Positions 56,234 to 64,000 of a stretch of 64,000 nucleotides of DNA are shown here, in pieces. Made by a program: the position numbers and the translations under genes. The stretch is from an uncultured Chloroflexia bacterium (GTDB lineage: Bacteria; Chloroflexota; Limnocylindria; Limnocylindrales; CSP1-4), in contig CAWIOR010000006.1 in NCBI GenBank assembly GCA_963837825.1, forward strand, positions 111,954 through 175,953, in the 5' to 3' direction. Position 1 is the stretch's first letter. Each line of letters begins with the position of its first letter. A model generated the notes under the pieces. That model saw nothing but the letters and a program-made list of their open reading frames with translations, was not told the origin of the DNA and ran no database searches.

Positions 56234-58459
56234 TCAGGCGGACGCCGGGAGGCTCGCTCCGTCCAGGGCGAGGTCGACGGCGGTCGGGCCGGGCAGCTCG
56301 ACGACCGCGTCGGCGGCAGGGTCGTAGCGGTCCGTCGCGGTGAGGTAGATGACCTGGTGGTCGAGGGTCAGCTCGCGCAACAGGCCGAAGGCACGGGCCG
56401 CGTGCTCGTCGTCGAAGCTGACGAACGGGTCGTCGAGGACGAGCGGCGGCCGCCCGGCCCCGGTGGCGTAGCGGACGAGCCCGAGTCGAGCGGCCAGGTA
56501 GACCTGCCCGAGGGTCCCGTCGGACAGCTCGCGAACGTCGACCCAGTCGCCCTTCTCGGGCGCGACGACCGAGATGGCGAGCGTCGCGTCGTCGATCCGG
56601 ACCCGCCGGTATCGCCCATCGGTGATCCGGGCGATCGCGCCGGCCATCCGCTTCTCCAGGTAGCGGGTGGCGCGCGCCAGCGTCGATGTGGTCGCCCGCT
56701 CGAGCCCATCGAGGGTCGTCTGGTACACCCTGGCCCGGCGCTGGAGCGAGGCGAGCTGCTCGCGCCAGACGGCGAGCCGTTCGGTCTCGCCGGCGACCCG
56801 CTCGGCGTCGACCGGGTTCGCCTCGACCTGGGCGCGCGCCTGGGCCTCCGCGACCCTCGCCCCGTCGAGCGCGGCCTGGGCGGTCTTCACGTCGGCCTCG
56901 AAGCGCTCGCGAGCCCCGAGCTCGCGGACCTCGGCCGGCAGGTCTGCCAGCTTGGCCGTCGTCTCGGCAGCCTCGCGGGCCGCCGCGTCCCGGCTGGGGG
57001 CGAGCGATTCGACCGGCTCACGACCGACCAGGCCTTCGAGCCGGGCATCGAGCTGGTCGATCGCCGCGACGTGCTCCTCCTCGCGCCGGAGGAGCTCCTC
57101 GGCCGCGGCGAGGTCGGGCAGGCCGAGCCCCTGGAGCTGGGCGGCGCTGTCCTCCTCGGCCTGGCGCAGCTCGGCCTCCATCTGCGATCGACCGCGGAGA
57201 CGGCGCTCGACCTCGTTCTCGGCGAGCTCCTTCTGCTTCCGGAAGTCCTGGGCGGCCTTGCGCCCCCGATAGGCGAGCAGCCCGAGGACGAGACCGAGGA
57301 CGCCGGCGCCGAGACCGACGAGGGTCAGGACGCTCATCCCGGCGACCACCTGACCGTCGACCACCTGACCGGCGACCACCTGACCGGCGACGGCCAGGCC
57401 GATCCCGACCAGGACGGTCACCAGCGCGGCGATCGCGATCGGCCGCCAGGTGGTCCGCGGCGTGGTCAGCTCGTAGTCGACCTTGACCTCGCCCGAGAGC
57501 AGCGCCCGCAGCTCGACCATCTTCGTGTCGAGGGTCCGGAGACGGTCGACCGTCTGGCGGACGACCGGGAGCGGGTTCGGCGATGGGTGGGAGTCGTGGA
57601 GCCTGGCCAGCTCGGCGGCCGCGCTGACCGCCTCCGCGTAACGCGCCTGGCGCTCGGTCGCGGCGGCGTGCTCGGTGACCATCTGCTCGGCGCCCCGGGC
57701 CTGGTCGAGGAGCGCCCGCCGGTCGTCGAGGGTCCCCGCGGCCGCCCGGCTGGCGTCCTCGGCGCGCGCCAGCGCCTGGCGATCCGCGACCAGCCTGGCC
57801 AGGGCCGCCTCGCCGGCATCCGCGGCGGCCTCGGATCGGCTCACCGCCTCCTCGGCGATCCGCAGCCGCCCGGGATCCCGCTCACCGCGAGCGTTGAGGT
57901 CGGCCAGGACGCGCCTGAGCTCGCCGATCGCGGCGGTCGTGCTCCGATCCGCCGCGCTGATCGAGGCTGCCAGCCGCTCGCGGAGGGTCGCCTCGTCGCG
58001 GTCCAGGTCCTCCAGCTCGCCGTGGCCGACGAAGGCGGTCGACCGGAAGAAGGCGGCCGTCGGCACCCCGGTCAGGTCGGCCAGCTCGGCCTGGACCTCG
58101 GCCGGGTCGGTGACCGTCCGGTCATCGATCGTCAGCGTCGCCGAGCCGTCCGGACCGAACGTCTTCTCGATCGACCCGCTCCGGGCGGCGACGCCCGGCT
58201 CCGTCCCATCGAGCGTGAAGTCGAGCACGACCGTCGGTCGCGCGGTCGGCTCGGCGTCCCATGAGCGGAGGCCGGCGAGCCCGGCCGCGCCGGCCTCCCC
58301 GTCGACGGGCGAGCCGGTCAACCCGAGCTCGACGGCCCGAGCGATCGTCGATTTCCCGGACTCGTTCGGGCCACGGATGATCGTCAGGCCCGGAGCCAGG
58401 TCGATCTGGAGGTCGCGGTAGCGCTTGACGTCGCGGAGCTGGAGCCGGGAGATCCTCAT
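56234..58459 (-). CDS. SbcC/YhaN-like AAA ATPase with coiled-coil arms and an internal transmembrane hairpin; intact.
   Basis: The N-terminal Walker A 'IIRGPNESGKST', long Ala/Glu/Arg coiled coils and the central hydrophobic 'IAIAALVTVLVGIGLAVAGQVV...VLTLVGLGAGVLGLVLGLLAY'. The C-terminal signature/Walker B-D-loop is 'LSDGTLGQVYLAARL...LVLDDPFVSFD'. Confidence 0.75.
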   Translation of the reverse strand: MRISRLQLRDVKRYRDLQIDLAPGLTIIRGPNESGKSTIARAVELGLTGSPVDGEAGAAGLAGLRSWDAEPTARPTVVLDFTLDGTEPGVAARSGSIEKTFGPDGSATLTIDDRTVTDPAEVQAELADLTGVPTAAFFRSTAFVGHGELEDLDRDEATLRERLAASISAADRSTTAAIGELRRVLADLNARGERDPGRLRIAEEAVSRSEAAADAGEAALARLVADRQALARAEDASRAAAGTLDDRRALLDQARGAEQMVTEHAAATERQARYAEAVSAAAELARLHDSHPSPNPLPVVRQTVDRLRTLDTKMVELRALLSGEVKVDYELTTPRTTWRPIAIAALVTVLVGIGLAVAGQVVAGQVVDGQVVAGMSVLTLVGLGAGVLGLVLGLLAYRGRKAAQDFRKQKELAENEVERRLRGRSQMEAELRQAEEDSAAQLQGLGLPDLAAAEELLRREEEHVAAIDQLDARLEGLVGREPVESLAPSRDAAAREAAETTAKLADLPAEVRELGARERFEADVKTAQAALDGARVAEAQARAQVEANPVDAERVAGETERLAVWREQLASLQRRARVYQTTLDGLERATTSTLARATRYLEKRMAGAIARITDGRYRRVRIDDATLAISVVAPEKGDWVDVRELSDGTLGQVYLAARLGLVRYATGAGRPPLVLDDPFVSFDDEHAARAFGLLRELTLDHQVIYLTATDRYDPAADAVVELPGPTAVDLALDGASLPASA

Positions 58460-59541
58460 CCGCCGATCCCCCGACCGGCCAGCAGGCGACGGCCGAGTCG
58501 AAGGGCCTCGCGCAGCTCGCCCGCGGTCTCGCCACCCCCGACCGACTCGACCTCGGCGATCCGGGCCTCGAGATCGCGCAGGAAGGCGCCGGCGATCGTG
58601 TCCGGCGGCGGAAGCGGCCCGGACGTGAGCGCCGGCCGGCCGGCGTTGCGGACGCGCGATCGGAGGAACCGATCCGCCAGGTCGGTCTCGGCCGCCTCCG
58701 GGTCCAGCTCGAGATCGTCCCGCTGATCCCCGGTCAGTCGGACGTCGAGGACGAGGTCGGGGTCCGCTCGCGCCGCCAGCAGCTTGACCAGCCCGGCCTG
58801 GTCGGCCAGGCCGGCGAGGTCGAGCTCGAGCCGCTCGAAGCGGGTCCGACCGACCCGCTGCCGTTCCACCGTCGGGCGGGCGGCCGCCTCGTCAAGGGTC
58901 ACGAGGAGCACCTCGCCGAGGCCGTCGCGTTCCACGTCGACGAGCTCCGGGGCCCCGCTGGCGCCCCAGCTGACGTTGGCCGCGCGGCCGGTCGCCGCCG
59001 CGATCGGCCCGCCGATCGCCAGGTAGTCGACGCCGGCGGCCGCGATCTCGTCATCCCGGGGTCGGGCCTCGCGGTGGATGACGCCGATCCGCCAGCCCTC
59101 CTCCGGCAGGTCGCTGGCCGGGAAGCGGCTGGTCACCCGGGCGCGGAGGGTCGGGATGTCGACCTCCGAGGCGTCGTCGGCCAGGACGATCAGCGTGCCG
59201 GCTCCCGGCCCTTCCCCGACCAGGCCGGCCAGGTCGTGGGCGTGGTAGATCGAGGCACGACCGGGCGCGTCGCGGGCGCCCGGGACCAGGACGATCGGGA
59301 TGCCTGCCTTGACCAGCTTGTGGAGCGAGCCCGCGACCCGCTCGACCGCGGCGCGCGGCATGACGCTCGAGTCGAACAGGTCGCCGGCGACGACGAACAG
59401 CTCGGCCGGGGTCGTCAGGGCCAGCTCGACGGTTCGATCGAACGCCTCGAACTGGCGCTCGCGCTGGTCGCTCGCCCGCTCGCCGAGGAAGGGATGACGG
59501 GCGCCGAGTCGGACGTCTGACGTCTGGACGAGACGGAGCAT
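58456..59541 (-). CDS. SbcD/YhaO-like calcineurin-type metallophosphoesterase (nuclease). It is overlap-coupled to the ATPase gene.
   Basis: 'MLRLVQTSDVRLGARHP...LFVVAGDLFD...VLVPGARD' are phosphoesterase motifs I-III. Confidence 0.75.
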   Translation of the reverse strand: MLRLVQTSDVRLGARHPFLGERASDQRERQFEAFDRTVELALTTPAELFVVAGDLFDSSVMPRAAVERVAGSLHKLVKAGIPIVLVPGARDAPGRASIYHAHDLAGLVGEGPGAGTLIVLADDASEVDIPTLRARVTSRFPASDLPEEGWRIGVIHREARPRDDEIAAAGVDYLAIGGPIAAATGRAANVSWGASGAPELVDVERDGLGEVLLVTLDEAAARPTVERQRVGRTRFERLELDLAGLADQAGLVKLLAARADPDLVLDVRLTGDQRDDLELDPEAAETDLADRFLRSRVRNAGRPALTSGPLPPPDTIAGAFLRDLEARIAEVESVGGGETAGELREALRLGRRLLAGRGIGG

Positions 59542-59962
59542 CGCCGGTTCGGGACCTCCTGCTCGGCTCGTGGGCAAGCGCACCGATACCGGGTCGTGGG
59601 CCCCGTCGACCGGCCGTCCAGGTCGCCGGCCTGGGCCGCCTCGGCGCGGATCCGGTGCGAGCGAGGAGCCCCCTTGACCCTCGCTCGCCGACCCGAGTCT
59701 CGGGCCGCATTGTGACAGGTTCGCTGGCACGTCGGCGCTCGGTCCGGGCGGCGCCCGGCGGGCCTCCACGGGGCGTCCACGGCCCGTTCTGCGAGTCGGT
59801 GCTATCCTGCCCAGCACATCACCGGTGCGCCCGAAACAGGCACCTCGAAGAATCGACACCTGGGTCGCGCGGCGCCCGGCCTCTCCCGCCACCCGCCCTC
59901 CCGTCCGTCGTTCGGCCTGCCCAGGACGCACCTCGAGAGCTGCAAGTCCCGGGAGGACTGGG

Positions 59963-60301
59963 TTGACCTACACCGATCGGACCCTCACCTGCGTCGACTG
60001 CGGCGTCGAGTTCATCCACTCGGCCGCCGACCAGGAGTTCTACGTCGAGAAGGGGTTCGTCTCCGACCCCAAGCGCTGCACGAGCTGCCGGGCCAGCCGT
60101 CGAGCCGCCCGCGACAGCGGCGAGAGCGACCTTCGCGACATCGGCGGCCCGCGCGGCTACGAGCGCGGGGATCGGCCGGCCCGCGAGTACTTCGCGGTCC
60201 TCTGCTCATCGTGCGGCAACCAGGCCCAGGTCCCGTTCAAGCCGCGGATGGACCGCCCCGTCTACTGCTCGGACTGCTTCCGCTCCCACTCGGCCGGCTG
60301 A
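59963..60301 (+). CDS. Double zinc-ribbon protein with four CxxC pairs; unknown function.
   Basis: TTG start 8 nt after GGGAGG. 'CVDC...CTSC...CSSC...CSDC' are spaced as two ribbons. Confidence 0.55.
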   Translation: MTYTDRTLTCVDCGVEFIHSAADQEFYVEKGFVSDPKRCTSCRASRRAARDSGESDLRDIGGPRGYERGDRPAREYFAVLCSSCGNQAQVPFKPRMDRPVYCSDCFRSHSAG

Positions 60302-60547
60302 CCCACGCCGGACCGACGGACCGACGCCGGCGCCCCCGTGGGGAGCCGGCCTGTTCGATCCGCCACCCGAGAGACGCGATGGCCGGTCGGTTCGGAGTCG
60401 CTCACCGGTGAACGACCGACGATCCGCCCGGCCCTCGCCAACGAGCCGACCCGGTGCCGGCCGTCCCGACTCGTTGCCCCTTGATACCGTCATCGCGCCG
60501 CCGGGGTTCAACCGGCGACTCGGCCGTGGGCCGGATGTCGGGACCCG

Positions 60548-60910
60548 ATGCGACCTCTGCCGTGATGCGAGTCGACGCATCGTCGGGAGCGCTCAACGGG
60601 CGGCCGCGGTCCCTGGATCCGCGGGCCATCCCGTCCTTGATGCGAGTCGACGCATCGTCGGGAGCGCTCACGGAACCTTCGTGATCACCCACGACCGAAG
60701 CGGCGGATCGCCGAGACGATGAGTCGCGCGCTCGCATCGCCTGACGGGCTGCGGCGTGATGCGGCGACTCGCATCACAGACAGGACCCCGCGCCGGTCGG
60801 CGCGAGACGGACCGGACGCGGCGAGACCCCGACGCAGCATCGGGGTCTCGCAGAGGTCCGATCCGGGAGGAGGCCGGATCGGCCGAGTGGAGTCGCATCC
60901 GCTGACGAGT
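60548..60910. repeat. Cluster of palindromic repeats. Two identical 33-bp direct repeats (60563-60595 and 60638-60670, 'TGATGCGAGTCGACGCATCGTCGGGAGCGCTCA') are spaced 75 bp apart. A degenerate third copy lies near 60716 and inverted copies of the core GATGCG-N6-CGCATC at 60758-60775 and near 60891. There is a GC hairpin at 60821-60850.
   Basis: Read directly from the sequence. The repeats lie in a 670-bp convergent intergenic region between the zinc-ribbon gene and the S51 peptidase gene. Confidence 0.6.
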
Positions 60911-60974
60911 CTCGTCGGCTGGCGTTTCCGGGTCATCATCGACGGGTAAACCCTGCCGGTCGACCGGCTGGCGA

Positions 60975-61682
60975 TCAGAGGCGGAAGGCGTCGCCGTCGC
61001 GGAAGCGCTCCCGGTGGCGCCCCCGCCAGACGGTCACCCGGCCACGGCCGCGGACTGACCAACCGCCGTCGCGCCCGATCGCCGCGGTCCCGTCATCGAG
61101 CCCGAGCACGACCGTCCCGCGCGGCGCCCGCAGGATCATCAGCGCCGCCAGCGGCTCCGGGATCTTGTCGTAGTGGGGGAACGCGGCGACCCCGGGCACG
61201 ACCCCGAGCGCCGCGCTCGTAGCGCAGCGGCAGGTGCGGTGGCCGGCGGACGAGCGCCTGACAGGCGCACAGGACCATCGCCCCGGCCGAGCAGCCGGCC
61301 AGGACGCCGCCCCGCTCGTGGACGGCCTGGGCGGCGGACCAGACCGCGCTGCCCGACAGCGGTCCGGAGGAGGTGGCCAGGGTCGCCGCCGGACAGGTAG
61401 ACGAGGTCGGCCTCGGCGACCGCCTGGACGCTGGCCGGGTCGTCGGCATCGGCGCGGTCGCGGACGAGGACCGCCTCGACCTCCGCGCCGAGAGCCTCGA
61501 AGTGCTCGATGCCCATCGCCGCCCAGCGCCGGAAGACGTCCTCGCCGTCCGGGGCGGAGGCGGTCGGCAGGATGGCCACCCTGCGGTCGGGCCCGACCGG
61601 TCGCCGCGAGCAGCTCGGCGTCGAGCGCGGCGACCGCCGGCAGGAATTCGTCGGCTCCGAGAAGCGCCACGGGTCCGCTCAT
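60975..61682 (-). CDS. Peptidase S51/cyanophycinase-like (type 1 glutamine-amidotransferase-like) protein; at least 2 frame changes.
   Basis: 'TVAILPTASAPDGEDVFRRWAAMGIEHFEALGAEVEAVLVRDRADADDPASVQAVAEADLVYLSGGDPG', '...AGCSAGAMVLCA' and 'VAAFPHYDKIPEPLAALM'. Confidence 0.6.
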   Translation of the reverse strand: MSGPVALLGADEFLPAVAALDAELLAATGRARPQGGHPADRLRPGRRGRLPALGGDGHRALRGSRRGGRGGPRPRPRRCRRPGQRPGGRRGRPRLPVRRRPWPPPPDRCRAARSGPPPRPSTSGAASWPAARPGRWSCAPVRRSSAGHRTCRCATSAALGVVPGVAAFPHYDKIPEPLAALMILRAPRGTVVLGLDDGTAAIGRDGGWSVRGRGRVTVWRGRHRERFRDGDAFRL

Positions 61683-61798
61683 CGGGCGGAGTCTAGCGAC
61701 GATCGGTCGATCGAGCCGTGGACCCTCCGCGACCGGGCGGTCGGGTCGGCGCTGGCGAGCGTCTTGCCTCGCTTCGCCGGCGGCGGCAGACTGCCCCG

Positions 61799-63391
61799 AT
61801 GACGGTCCGCCAGCGCTGGACGATGCTCGCCGCGATCCTCGGCTCGTCGGTCGTCTTCCTCGACGGCACGATCGTCAACATCGCCCTGCCGAAGATCGGC
61901 CAGGAGCTGCCGGCCGACCTCCTCGGCGTCCTCGAGGGCCAGACCTACGTCAACACTGGCTACCTTGCCGTCCTCGCCGCCCTGCTGATCCTCGGCGGCG
62001 CGATCTCGGATCGCTACGGCCGCAAGCGCGTGTTCACGATCGGCCTGCTCGGCTTCGGGGCCACCAGCGTCATGTGCGGCCTGGCCCCGACCCTCGAGGC
62101 GCTCGTCGTCTTCCGGCTGCTCCAGGGGGCCGCGGCGGCGCTGCTCGTCCCCGGATCGCTCGCCCTGATCACCGCGACGTTCGAAGGGCAGGCCCTCGCC
62201 GAGGCGTTCGGGCTGTGGGCGGCGGCCACCTCGGCGGCGACCCTGCTCGGTCCGGTCGTCGGCGGGGTCCTCGTCCAGGATCTGACCTGGCGGTTGGCCT
62301 TCCTGGTCAACGTCCCGCTGGTCGCCGTGGCCCTGCTCGGGCTCGCCCGCGGTGTCGGGGAGACGGTCGTCGAGGCCGCCGGCGGACGGTTCGACTGGCT
62401 CGGCTCGCTCGACGTCGTCCTCGCTGATCGGTGGCCTGTCGTTCGGGCTGATCCGCGGCCAGCAGCAGGCCTGGGCGGACCCGGTCGCCTGGATCGCGAT
62501 CGGCGTCGGGCTGGTCGCGGCGGCGCTCTTCCCGATCCTGATGTCGCGCCGGAGCGACCCGCTGGTGCCGCTCGGCCTGTTCCGGAACCGCCGCTTCGCG
62601 GTCATCAACCTGTCGACGTTCCTGATCTACGGCGCGCTCTACGTCTACCTCGGCTACCAGGCGATCTTCCTCCAGGGGACCCTCGGCTACAGCGCCCTGG
62701 CGGCGTCGGTCGCCGGCCTGCCGGTGGGCATCCTGCTGACGGTCCTGTCGACCCGGGTCGGCTCGATCGCCGGGCGGAGCGGGCCGCGCCGGTTCCTGGT
62801 CGTCGGCCCCCTGGTCATGGCCGGCGGCCTGCTCTGGTACGCCCGGGTCCCGGCGACCAGCGCGGCCTGGCGAGCGGAGCTGGCCCAGCCGTCGACGCTC
62901 GTCCCGCCGGTCTCGACGCTGATCGACATCCTGCCGGCGATGGTCGCCTTCGGGATCGGGATCTCGCTCGTCGTGGCTCCCCTGACGAGCACCCTGATGA
63001 GCTCGATCCCGGTCGCCCGGGCCGGGCTCGGGTCGGCCATCAACAACGCGATCTCGCGGGTCGGCTATCCGCTCCTCGGCGCGCTCGTGTTCATCGCCAT
63101 CACCGTCAGCTTCTACGGCGGCCTCGCCGACGCGGACCGGGCGTCGACCCGAACGATCCGCAGGTCCGCGCCTCGATCGCCCCGCTCAATCCTCCGCCAG
63201 CCGGCTCATCGGCGGCCGTGATCGAGGCGACGAAGGCGGCGTCGACCGACGCCTTCCGGCTGGCCCTCCTGGTCAGCGCCGTCCTGCTGGCCGTGGGCGC
63301 CGCCGTGAACCGGGTCGGTCTGGGCGAGGCCGACGCCACCGCCACCGACGAGCTGCCAGCCACGGAGTCGCCGCCGGAGCCGGCCGAATGA
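61799..63391 (+). CDS. MFS transporter of the DHA2 (EmrB/QacA)-like family; about 2 frame changes.
   Basis: 'MLAAILGSSVVFLDGTIVNIALPKIGQEL' and 'GGAISDRYGRKRVFTIGLLGFGATSVMCGLAPT' match the 14-TM layout. Confidence 0.8.
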   Translation: MTVRQRWTMLAAILGSSVVFLDGTIVNIALPKIGQELPADLLGVLEGQTYVNTGYLAVLAALLILGGAISDRYGRKRVFTIGLLGFGATSVMCGLAPTLEALVVFRLLQGAAAALLVPGSLALITATFEGQALAEAFGLWAAATSAATLLGPVVGGVLVQDLTWRLAFLVNVPLVAVALLGLARGVGETVVEAAGGRFDWLGSLDVVLADRWPVVRADPRPAAGLGGPGRLDRDRRRAGRGGALPDPDVAPERPAGAARPVPEPPLRGHQPVDVPDLRRALRLPRLPGDLPPGDPRLQRPGGVGRRPAGGHPADGPVDPGRLDRRAERAAPVPGRRPPGHGRRPALVRPGPGDQRGLASGAGPAVDARPAGLDADRHPAGDGRLRDRDLARRGSPDEHPDELDPGRPGRARVGHQQRDLAGRLSAPRRARVHRHHRQLLRRPRRRGPGVDPNDPQVRASIAPLNPPPAGSSAAVIEATKAASTDAFRLALLVSAVLLAVGAAVNRVGLGEADATATDELPATESPPEPAE

Positions 63392-63557
63392 CCTGGACGA
63401 GCGGCGGGCCGACCCGGGAGTGGGACGCCGCCACCTGAGGGCCGGGCGCCCGCGGGTGCGCCATCCGTCGCCCGAAACCGCGGACGGGAGCGCGGCGTAC
63501 CCGTTGTGCGGCGCGCTCGCTCGGGTGGAGCGCGGGCCGTGTGCAACGGAGGGACAC

Positions 63558-64000
63558 GGATGACCCGGCTCCGAGCGATCCTGGCCGGTGGTCTCATCGG
63601 CTTCGTGGTCGCTGCCTGCACCGGGAGCGGGGCCGGTGGCTACGGCTACGGCGGCGGCGGGGCCGCGGTGGGGACGGCCACGCCGGCACCGACGATCGCC
63701 CCGACCCCGGCTCCGACCGCCGCCGGCTCAGCGAGCGGCGGTCGGAGCGACTACGGCTACGGCGGCGGCGACGGAGGCGGCGACGGCGCGGCCGGGTCGC
63801 CGATCGGATCGGCCGCTCCCGGCACGGTCCACCTGACCGGCTTCGCCTTCCAGCCGGGCAGCCTGACCGTGGCCGCCGGCACGACCGTCAGCTTCGTCAA
63901 CGACGACCCGGCCGAGCACCGGCTGGTCGAGGGGGAGAACGGATCGCCCGCCGCCGGGTCCGCGATCGAGCGCAGCCGGCGCCCCGGGCGCGACGGCGAC
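63558..64000 (+). CDS. Lipoprotein with a Gly/Tyr-rich linker and a cupredoxin-like C-terminal domain beginning. It is 3'-truncated by the window edge.
   Basis: 'MTRLRAILAGGLIGFVVAAC' is a lipobox. 'VHLTGFAFQPGSLTVAAGTTVSFVNDDPAEH' resembles a plastocyanin-like copper-binding fold. Confidence 0.45.

Noticed and set aside
60563-60670. Possible mini-CRISPR array (two 33-bp palindromic repeats with a 42-bp spacer)
   Set aside because: Only two exact units are present, and the third is heavily degenerate. No cas genes lie anywhere in the 64-kb window, and inverted copies of the same core sit nearby. It is reported as a generic palindromic repeat cluster instead.

Overview
High-GC (about 70-73%) bacterial chromosomal segment with Actinomycetota-like gene content: Obg-NadD-RsfS, Rho, CTP synthase, an OpcA-containing pentose-phosphate operon and a CUT1-type sugar ABC transporter without an ATPase in the locus. 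The window is almost entirely coding. At least 25 of about 60 genes need one or more frame changes to be read through, while neighbouring genes such as citrate synthase, CorA, rhodanese, the SbcC-like ATPase and the EamA transporters are intact. This points to scattered indel errors or incipient pseudogenisation, and all coordinates for disrupted genes are approximate. The many Arg/Pro/Gly-rich antisense ORFs in the six-frame track are GC artefacts. Main blocks, from 5' to 3':

1. comEC, an HD-domain protein and holA, then obg-nadD-rsfS on the opposite strand, a LysM/M23 peptidase, rho, an FSA-type transaldolase and pyrG.
2. An 11-kb divergent sugar-catabolism locus (13.4-24.7 kb): mutarotase-like protein, DeoR regulator, MalFG-like permeases and a binding protein on the minus strand; an LsrF/DeoC-class aldolase, an FGGY kinase, a fucose/arabinose-isomerase-like protein, a TIM-barrel isomerase, YjbQ and an MtnX-like HAD phosphatase on the plus strand. 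A clear promoter and a direct-repeat operator sit in the shared intergenic region.
3. An ABC-2 exporter with small membrane proteins, and a psuK-psuG pseudouridine catabolism pair.
4. A pentose-phosphate supercluster tkt...pgi-gnd-zwf-opcA-pgl, interrupted by a lower-GC island carrying vapBC, rpiB, a beta-propeller protein and a lipoprotein.
5. A complete AmmeMemoRadiSam triad (AMMECR1, radical SAM, Memo) next to a rhodanese-TusA-DsrE sulfur-relay triad.
6. Housekeeping and transport genes (citrate synthase, CorA, MFS and EamA transporters), a YhaO/YhaN-like nuclease-ATPase pair, and a P-loop kinase paired with a membrane-anchored protein.
7. A 4xCxxC zinc-ribbon protein followed by a 670-bp convergent intergenic region holding a cluster of palindromic repeats.

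No rRNA, transposase, integrase or cas genes were found. A tRNA-like T-loop motif was examined and rejected.
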